From NCBI RefSeq assembly GCF_009914755.1, contig NC_060935.1: DNA of 64,000 bases; one strand, given 5' to 3'. The notes beneath the pieces were generated by a model. That model had not been told where the DNA came from, searched no databases, and saw nothing but the letters and a program-made list of their open reading frames with translations. Below, one piece after another: positions 54,600-64,000 of this stretch (its first letter is position 1; each line of letters opens with the position of its first letter). Both the position numbers and the translations under genes were made by a program. The DNA is from the human T2T-CHM13v2.0 reference genome, Homo sapiens.

Positions 54600-57500
54600 T
54601 TGGACCACTTTGTGGCCTTCCTTCGAAACGGGTATATCTTCACATCAAACCTAGACAGAAGCATTCTCAGAATGTTTCCTGTGATGACTGCATTCAACTC
54701 ACAGAGGTGAACAATCCTGCTGATGGAGCAGTTTTGAAACTCTCTTTCTTTGGATTCTGCAAGTGGATATGTGGACCTCTGTGAAGATTTCGTTGGAAAC
54801 GGGTTCATCTTCACAGAAAAACTAAACAGAAGCATTCTCAGAAACTGCTTTGTGATGTTTGTGTTCCACTTCAGGAATTGAACTTTCCTCTTGACAGAGC
54901 AGCTCTGAAACCCTCTTATTCTAGAATCTGCAAGTGGACATTTGGAGGGCTTTGAGGCCTGTGGTGGAAAAGGAAAATCTTCACATAAAAACTAGATGGA
55001 AGCATTCTCAGAAACTACTTTGTGATGATTGCATTCGACTCACAGAGTTGAACATTCCTATAGATAGAGCAGGTTGTAAACAATCTTTTTGTAGAATCTG
55101 CGATTGGAGATTTGGACTGCTTTGAGGCCTACTGTAGTAAAGGAAATAACTTCATCTAAAAACCAAACGGAAGCATTCACAGACAATTCTTAGTGATCAT
55201 TGCATTGAACTAACAGAGCTGAACATTCCTTTAGATGGAGCAGTTTCCAAACACACTTTCTGTAGAATCTGCAAGTGGATATTTGGACTTCTCTGAGGAT
55301 TTCGTTGGAAACGGGATAAACTTCCCAGAACTACACGGAAGCATTGTGAGAAACTTCTTTGTGATGTTTGCATTCAACTCACAGAGTTGAACCTTGCTTT
55401 CATAGTTCAGCTTTCAAACACTCTTTTTGTAGAATCTGCAAGTGGATATTTGGACCACTTTGTGGCCTTCCTTCGAAACGGGTATATCTTCACATCAAAC
55501 CTAGACAGAAGAATTCTCAGAATGTTTCCTGTGAAGACTGCATTCAACTCACAGAGATGAACAATCCTGTTGATGGAGCACTTTGGAAACTCTCTTTCTT
55601 TGGATTCTGCAAGTTGATATGTGGACCTCTGTGAAGATTTCGTTGGAAACGGGTTCATCTTCACAGAAAAACTAAACAGAAGCATTCTCAAAAATTACTT
55701 TGTGATGTTTGTGTTCCACTTCAAGAATTGAACTTTACTCTTGACAGAGCAGCTCTGAAAACCTCTTTTTCTAGAATCTGCAAGTGGACATTTGGAGGGC
55801 TTTGAGGCCTGTGGTGGAAAAGGAAAATCTTCACATAAAAACTAGATGGAAGCATTCTCAGAAACTACTTTGTGATGATTGCATTCGACTCACAGAGTTG
55901 AACATTCCTATAGATAGAGCAGGTTGTAAACAATCTTTTTCTAGAATCTGCGATTGGAGATTTGGACTGCTTTGAGGCCTACTGTAGTAAAGGAAATAAC
56001 TTCATCTAAAAACCAAACGGAAGCATTCACAGACAATTCTTAGTGATCATTGGATTGAACTAACACAGCTGAACATTCCTTTAGATGGAGCAGTTTCCAA
56101 ACACACTTTCTGTAGAATCTGCAAGTGGATATTTGGACTTCTCTGAGGATTTCATTGGAAACGGGATAAACTTCCCAGAACTACACGGAAGCATTGTGAG
56201 AAACTTCTTTGTGATGTTTGCATTCAACCCACAGAGTTGAACCTTGCTTTCATAGTTCAGCTTTCAAACACTCTTTTTGTAGAATCTGCAAGTGGATATT
56301 TGGACCACTTTGTGGCCTTCCTTCGAAACGGGTATATCTTCACATCAAACCTAGACAGAAGCATTCTCAGAATGTTTCCTGTGATGACTGCATTCAACTC
56401 ACAGAGGTGAACAATCCTGCTGATGGAGCAGTTTTGAAACTCTCTTTCTTTGGATTCTGCAAGTGGATATGTGGACCTCTGTGAAGATTTCGTTGGAAAC
56501 GGGTTCATCTTCACAGAAAAACTAAACAGAAGCATTCTCAGAAACTGCTTTGTGATGTTTGTGTTCCACTTCAGGAATTGAACTTTCCTCTTGACAGAGC
56601 AGCTCTGAAACCCTCTTATTCTAGAATCTGCAAGTGGACATTTGGAGGGCTTTGAGGCCTGTGGTGGAAAAGGAAAATCTTCACATAAAAACTAGATGGA
56701 AGCATTCTCAGAAACTACTTTGTGATGATTGCATTCGACTCACAGAGTTGAACATTCCTATAGATAGAGCAGGTTGTAAACAATCTTTTTGTAGAATCTG
56801 CGATTGGAGATTTGGACTGCTTTGAGGCCTACTGTAGTAAAGGAAATAACTTCATCTAAAAACCAAACGGAAGCATTCACAGACAATTCTTAGTGATCAT
56901 TGCATTGAACTAACAGAGCTGAACATTCCTTTAGATGGAGCAGTTTCCAAACACACTTTCTGTAGAATCTGCAAGTGGATATTTGGACTTCTCTGAGGAT
57001 TTCGTTGGAAACGGGATAAACTTCCCAGAACTACACGGAAGCATTGTGAGAAACTTCTTTGTGATGTTTGCATTCAACTCACAGGGTTGAACCTTGCTTT
57101 CATAGTTCAGCTTTCAAACACTCTTTTTGTAGAATCTGCAAGTGGATATTTGGACCACTTTGTGGCCTTCCTTCGAAACGGGTATATCTTCACATCAAAC
57201 CTAGACAGAAGCATTCTCAGAATATTTCCTGTGAAGACTGCATTCAACTCACAGAGATGAACAATCCTGTTGATGGAGCACTTTGGAAACTCTCTTTCTT
57301 GGATTCTGCAAGTTGATATGTGGACCTCTGTGAAGATTTCGTTGGAAACGGGTTCATCTTCACAGAAAAACTAACAGAAGCATTCTCAAAAATTACTTTG
57401 TGATGTTTGTGTTCCACTTCAAGAATTGAACTTTACTCTTGACAGAGCAGATCTGAAAACCTCTTTTTCTAGAATCTGCAAGTGGACATTTGGAGGGCTT

Positions 57501-60500
57501 TGAGGCCTGTGGTGGAAAAGGAAAATCTTCACATAAAAACTAGATGGAAGCATTCTCAGAAACTACTTTGTGATGATTGCATTCGACTCACAGAGTTGAA
57601 CATTCCTATAGATAGAGCAGGTTGTAAACAATCTTTTTCTAGAATCTGCGATTGGAGATTTGGACTGCTTTGAGGCCTACTGTAGTAAAGGAAATAACTT
57701 CATCTAAAAACCAAACGGAAGCATTCACAGAAAATTCTTAGTGATCATTGGATTGAACTAACACAGCTGAACATTCCTTTAGATGGAGCAGTTTCCAAAC
57801 ACACTTTCTGTAGAATCTGCAAGTGGATATTTGGACTTCTCTGAGGATTTCATTGGAAACGGGATAAACTTCCCAGAACTACACGGAAGCATTGTGAGAA
57901 ACTTCTTTGTGATGTTTGCATTCAACTCACAGAGTTGAACCTTGCTTTCATAGTTCAGCTTTCAAACACTCTTTTTGTAGAATCTGCAAGTGGATATTTG
58001 GACCACTTTGTGGCCTTCCTTCGAAACGGGTATATCTTCACATCCAACCTAGACAGAAGCATTCTCAGAAAGTTTCCTGTGATGACTGCATTCAACTCAC
58101 AGAGGTGAACAATCCTGCTGATGGAGCAGTTTTGAAACTCTCTTTCTTTGGATTCTGCAAGTGGATATGTGGACCTCTGTGAAGATTTCGTTGGAAACGG
58201 GTTCATCTTCACAGAAAAACTAAACAGAAGCATTCTCAGAAACTGCTTTGTGATGTTTGTGTTCCACTTCAGGAATTGAACTTTCCTCTTGACAGAGCAG
58301 CTCTGAAACCCTCTTATTCTAGAATCTGCAAGTGGACATTTGGAGGGCTTTGAGGCCTGTGGTGGAAAAGGAAAATCTTCACATAAAAACTAGATGGAAG
58401 CATTCTCAGAAACTACTTTGTGATGATTGCATTCGACTCACAGAGTTGAACATTCCTATAGATAGAGCAGGTTGTAAACAATCTTTTTGTAGAATCTGCG
58501 ATTGGAGATTTGGACTGCTTTGAGGCCTACTGTAGTAAAGGAAATAACTTCATCTAAAAACCAAACGGAAGCATTCACAGACAATTCTTAGTGATCATTG
58601 CATTGAACTAACAGAGCTGAACATTCCTTTAGATGGAGCAGTTTCCAAACACACTTTCTGTAGAATCTGCAAGTGGATATTTGGACTTCTCTGAGGATTT
58701 CGTTGGAAACGGGATAAACTTCCCAGAACTACACGGAAGCATTGTGAGAAACTTCTTTGTGATGTTTGCATTCAACTCACAGAGTTGAACCTTGCTTTCA
58801 TAGTTCAGCTTTCAAACACTCTTTTTGTAGAATCTGCAAGTGGATATTTGGACCACTTTGTGGCCTTCCTTCGAAACGGGTATATCTTCACATCAAACCT
58901 AGACAGAAGAATTCTCAGAATGTTTCCTGTGAAGACTGCATTCAACTCACAGAGATGAACAATCCTGTTGATGGAGCACTTTGGAAACTCTCTTTCTTTG
59001 GATTCTGCAAGTTGATATGTGGACCTCTGTGAAGATTTCGTTGGAAACGGGTTCATCTTCACAGAAAAACTAAACAGAAGCATTCTCAAAAATTACTTTG
59101 TGATGTTTGTGTTCCACTTCAAGAATTGAACTTTACTCTTGACAGAGCAGCTCTGAAAACCTCTTTTTCTAGAATCTGCAAGTGGACATTTGGAGGGCTT
59201 TGAGGCCTGTGGTGGAAAAGGAAAATCTTCACATAAAAACTAGATGGAAGCATTCTCAGAAACTACTTTGTGATGATTGCATTCGACTCACAGAGTTGAA
59301 CATTCCTATAGATAGAGCAGGTTGTAAACAATCTTTTTCTAGAATCTGCGATTGGAGATTTGGACTGCTTTGAGGCCTACTGTAGTAAAGGAAATAACTT
59401 CATCTAAAAACCAAACGGAAGCATTCACAGACAATTCTTAGTGATCATTGGATTGAACTAACACAGCTGAACATTCCTTTAGATGGAGCAGTTTCCAAAC
59501 ACACTTTCTGTAGAATCTGCAAGTGGATATTTGGACTTCTCTGAGGATTTCATTGGAAACGGGATAAACTTCCCAGAACTACACGGAAGCATTGTGAGAA
59601 ACTTCTTTGTGATGTTTGCATTCAACCCACAGAGTTGAACCTTGCTTTCATAGTTCAGCTTTCAAACACTCTTTTTGTAGAATCTGCAAGTGGATATTTG
59701 GACCACTTTGTGGCCTTCCTTCGAAACGGGTATATCTTCACATCAAACCTAGACAGAAGCATTCTCAGAATGTTTCCTGTGATGACTGCATTCAACTCAC
59801 AGAGGTGAACAATCCTGCTGATGGAGCAGTTTTGAAACTCTCTTTCTTTGGATTCTGCAAGTGGATATGTGGACCTCTGTGAAGATTTCGTTGGAAACGG
59901 GTTCATCTTCACAGAAAAACTAAACAGAAGCATTCTCAGAAACTGCTTTGTGATGTTTGTGTTCCACTTCAGGAATTGAACTTTCCTCTTGACAGAGCAG
60001 CTCTGAAACCCTCTTATTCTAGAATCTGCAAGTGGACATTTGGAGGGCTTTGAGGCCTGTGGTGGAAAAGGAAAATCTTCACATAAAAACTAGATGGAAG
60101 CATTCTCAGAAACTACTTTGTGATGATTGCATTCGACTCACAGAGTTGAACATTCCTATAGATAGAGCAGGTTGTAAACAATCTTTTTGTAGAATCTGCG
60201 ATTGGAGATTTGGACTGCTTTGAGGCCTACTGTAGTAAAGGAAATAACTTCATCTAAAAACCAAACGGAAGCATTCACAGACAATTCTTAGTGATCATTG
60301 CATTGAACTAACAGAGCTGAACATTCCTTTAGATGGAGCAGTTTCCAAACACACTTTCTGTAGAATCTGCAAGTGGATATTTGGACTTCTCTGAGGATTT
60401 CGTTGGAAACGGGATAAACTTCCCAGAACTACACGGAAGCATTGTGAGAAACTTCTTTGTGATGTTTGCATTCAACTCACAGGGTTGAACCTTGCTTTCA

Positions 60501-61900
60501 TAGTTCAGCTTTCAAACACTCTTTTTGTAGAATCTGCAAGTGGATATTTGGACCACTTTGTGGCCTTCCTTCGAAACGGGTATATCTTCACATCAAACCT
60601 AGACAGAAGCATTCTCAGAATATTTCCTGTGAAGACTGCATTCAACTCACAGAGATGAACAATCCTGTTGATGGAGCACTTTGGAAACTCTCTTTCTTGG
60701 ATTCTGCAAGTTGATATGTGGACCTCTGTGAAGATTTCGTTGGAAACGGGTTCATCTTCACAGAAAAACTAACAGAAGCATTCTCAAAAATTACTTTGTG
60801 ATGTTTGTGTTCCACTTCAAGAATTGAACTTTACTCTTGACAGAGCAGATCTGAAAACCTCTTTTTCTAGAATCTGCAAGTGGACATTTGGAGGGCTTTG
60901 AGGCCTGTGGTGGAAAAGGAAAATCTTCACATAAAAACTAGATGGAAGCATTCTCAGAAACTACTTTGTGATGATTGCATTCGACTCACAGAGTTGAACA
61001 TTCCTATAGATAGAGCAGGTTGTAAACAATCTTTTTCTAGAATCTGCGATTGGAGATTTGGACTGCTTTGAGGCCTACTGTAGTAAAGGAAATAACTTCA
61101 TCTAAAAACCAAACGGAAGCATTCACAGAAAATTCTTAGTGATCATTGGATTGAACTAACACAGCTGAACATTCCTTTAGATGGAGCAGTTTCCAAACAC
61201 ACTTTCTGTAGAATCTGCAAGTGGATATTTGGACTTCTCTGAGGATTTCATTGGAAACGGGATAAACTTCCCAGAACTACACGGAAGCATTGTGAGAAAC
61301 TTCTTTGTGATGTTTGCATTCAACTCACAGAGTTGAACCTTGCTTTCATAGTTCAGCTTTCAAACACTCTTTTTGTAGAATCTGCAAGTGGATATTTGGA
61401 CCACTTTGTGGCCTTCCTTCGAAACGGGTATATCTTCACATCAAACCTAGACAGAAGCATTCTCAGAATGTTTCCTGTGATGACTGCATTCAACTCACAG
61501 AGGTGAACAATCCTGCTGATGGAGCAGTTTTGAAACTCTCTTTCTTTGGATTCTGCAAGTGGATATGTGGACCTCTGTGAAGATTTCGTTGGAAACGGGT
61601 TCATCTTCACAGAAAAACTAAACAGAAGCATTCTCAGAAACTGCTTTGTGATGTTTGTGTTCCACTTCAGGAATTGAACTTTCCTCTTGACAGAGCAGCT
61701 CTGAAACCCTCTTATTCTAGAATCTGCAAGTGGACATTTGGAGGGCTTTGAGGCCTGTGGTGGAAAAGGAAAATCTTCACATAAAAACTAGATGGAAGCA
61801 TTCTCAGAAACTACTTTGTGATGATTGCATTCGACTCACAGAGTTGAACATTCCTATAGATAGAGCAGGTTGTAAACAATCTTTTTGTAGAATCTGCGAT
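54600..61900 (+). repeat. 3398-bp (4-HOR) period tandem duplication
   Basis: EcoRI GAATTC at 55511/58909, BglII AGATCT at 57449/60847, broken boxes at 56154/59552 and 57852/61250, all at +3398. Boundaries approximate. Confidence 0.92.
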
Positions 61901-64000
61901 TGGAGATTTGGACTGCTTTGAGGCCTACTGTAGTAAAGGAAATAACTTCATCTAAAAAACAAACGGAAGCATTCACAGACAATTCTTAGTGATCATTGCA
62001 TTGAACTAACAGAGCTGAACATTCCTTTAGATGGAGCAGTTTCCAAACCCACTTTCTGTAGAATCTGCAAGTGGATATTTGGACTTCTCTGAGAATTTCG
62101 TTGGAAACGAGATAAACTTCCCAGAACTACAGGGAAGCATTGTGAGAAACTTCTTTGTGATGTTTGCATTCAACTCACAGAGTTGAACCTTGCTTTCATA
62201 GTTCAGCTTTCAAACACTCTTTTTGTAGAATCTGCAAGTGGATATTTGGACCACTTTGTGGCCTTCCTTCGAAACGGGTATATCTTCACATCAAACCTAG
62301 ACAGAAGCATTCTCAGAATGTTTCCTGTGATGACTGCATTCAACTCACAGAGGTGAACAATCCTGCTGATGGAGCAGTGTTGAAACTCTCTTTCTTTGGA
62401 TTCTGCAAGTGGATATGTGGACCTCTGTGAAGATTTCGTTGGAAACGGGTTCATCTTCACAGAAAAACTAAACAGGAGCATTCTCAGAAACTGCTTTGTG
62501 ATGTTTGTGTTCCACTTCAAGAACTGAACTTTCCTCTTGACAGAGCAGCTCTGAAACCCTCTTTTTCTAGAATCTGCAAGTGGACATTTGGAGGGCTTTG
62601 AGGCCTGTGGTGGAAAAGGAAAATCTTCACATAAAAACTAGATGGAAGCATTCTCAGAAACTACTTTGTGATGATTGCATTCGACTCACAGAGTTGAACA
62701 TTCCTATAGATAGAGCAGGTTGTAAACAATCTTTTTGTAGAATCTGCGATTGGAGATTTGGACTGCTTTGAGGCCTACTGTAGTAAAGGAAATAACTTCA
62801 TCTAAAAACCAAATGGAAGCATTCACAGACAATTCTTAGTGATCATTGCATTGAACTAACAGAGCTGAACATTCCTTTAGATGGCGCAGTTTCCAAACAC
62901 ACTTTCTGTAGAATCTGCAAGTGGATATTTGGACCTCTCTGAGGATTTCGTTGGAAACGGGATAAACTTCCCAGAACTACACGGAAGCATTGTGAGAAAC
63001 TTCTTTGTGATTTTTGCATTCAACTCACAGAGTTGAACCTTGCTTTCATAGTTCAGCTTTCAAACACTCTTTTTGTAGAATCTGCAAGTGGATATTTGGA
63101 CCACTTTGTGGCCTTCCTTCGAAACGGGTATATCTTCACATCAAACCTAGACAGAAGCATTCTCAGAATGTTTCCTGTGATGACTGCATTCAACTCACAG
63201 AGGTGAACAATCCTGCTGATGGAGCAGTTTTGAAACTCTCTTTCTTTGGATTCTGCAAGTGGATATGTGGACCTCTGTGAAGATTTCGTTGGAAACGGGT
63301 TCATCTTCACAGAAAAACTAAACAGAAGCATTCTCAGAAACTGCTTTGTGATGTTTGTGTTCCACTTCAGGAATTGAACTTTCCTCTTGACAGAGCAGCT
63401 CTGAAACCCTCTTATTCTAGAATCTGCAAGTGGACATTTGGAGGGCTTTGAGGCCTGTGGTGGAAAAGGAAAATCTTCACATAAAAACTAGATGGAAGCA
63501 TTCTCAGAAACTACTTTGTGATGATTGCATTCGACTCACAGAGTTGAACATTCCTATAGATAGAGCAGGTTGTAAACAATCTTTTTGTAGAATCTGCGAT
63601 TGGAGATTTGGACTGCTTTGAGGCCTACTGTAGTAAAGGAAATAACTTCATCTAAAAACCAAACGGAAGCATTCACAGACAATTCTTAGTGATCATTGCA
63701 TTGAACTAACAGAGCTGAACATTCCTTTAGATGGAGCAGTTTCCAAACACACTTTCTGTAGATCCTGCAAGTGGATATTTGGACCTCTCTGAGGATTTCG
63801 TTGGAAACGGGATAAACTTCCCAGAACTACACGGAAGCATTGTGAGAAACTTCTTTGTGATGTTTGCATTCAACTCACAGAGTTGAACCTTGCTTTCATA
63901 GTTCAGCTTTCAAACACTCTTTTTGTAGAATCTGCAAGTGGATATTTGGACCACTTTGTGGCCTTCCTTCGAAACGGGTATATCTTCACATCAAACCTAG

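Larger units (their letters stand above)
1..64000 (+). repeat. Centromeric alpha-satellite HOR array, 850-bp pentamer (SF3, W1-W5 type), probably human chr11 D11Z1; about 75.3 tandem copies
   Basis: Alpha-satellite motifs (CATTCTCAGAAACT..TTTGTGATG, CATTCAACTCACAGAGTTGAAC, TTTTGTAGAATCTGCAAGTGGATATTTGG) recur every ~170 bp. Near-identical sequence recurs every 850 bp (ORF track starts 128, 978, 1828 ... 63014). Orientation is constant throughout. A pentamer with three B-type then two A-type monomers and an 0.85-kb XbaI unit is the established description of D11Z1. Alpha-satellite identity is near certain; the chromosome assignment is about 0.8. Confidence 0.98.

Noticed and set aside
128-63621. 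Recurrent 63-131 aa ORFs on both strands (MHSTHRVEPC..., MDIWRALRPV..., MLLFSFSVKM...)
   Set aside because: They are translations of the satellite and recur every 850 bp. The + strand ones start at TTG/GTG, stops and frameshifts come and go freely between copies, and no recognisable domain or gene structure is present. The Cys/His richness reflects the TGTG/TGCA/CATT repeat motifs, not zinc fingers.
1-64000. CRISPR-like regular repeat structure
   Set aside because: There are no unique spacers; the entire unit is repeated, and no cas-like ORFs are present.
1-64000. Transposon (L1/Alu) insertion, inversion or array edge
   Set aside because: The 850-bp phase and orientation are maintained end to end. 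No poly(A) tail, target-site duplication or foreign sequence was seen.

Overview
The whole 64 kb window is one uninterrupted, head-to-tail primate centromeric alpha-satellite array. It holds about 75.3 copies of an 850-bp higher-order repeat (HOR) built from five ~170-bp monomers in the order B-B-B-A-A, with normally one XbaI site per unit. This matches the suprachromosomal family 3 (W1-W5) pentamer, most probably the human chromosome 11 array D11Z1; that assignment is from recall, not a database search. I found no genes, RNA genes, transposon insertions, inversions or monomer-number variants, and every ORF in the track is a repeat artefact. I cannot support a new coding system here. The informative signal lies in single-base variants between HOR copies. 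They reveal nested duplications at periods of 1, 2, 4, 5, 6, 18 and 20-21 HORs, a turnover of HOR haplotypes around 35-41 kb, a fixed inactivating change in one of the three CENP-B-box positions, and local spread of a CpG>CpA-broken CENP-B box in the right third. All counts were made by eye and should be confirmed by alignment.
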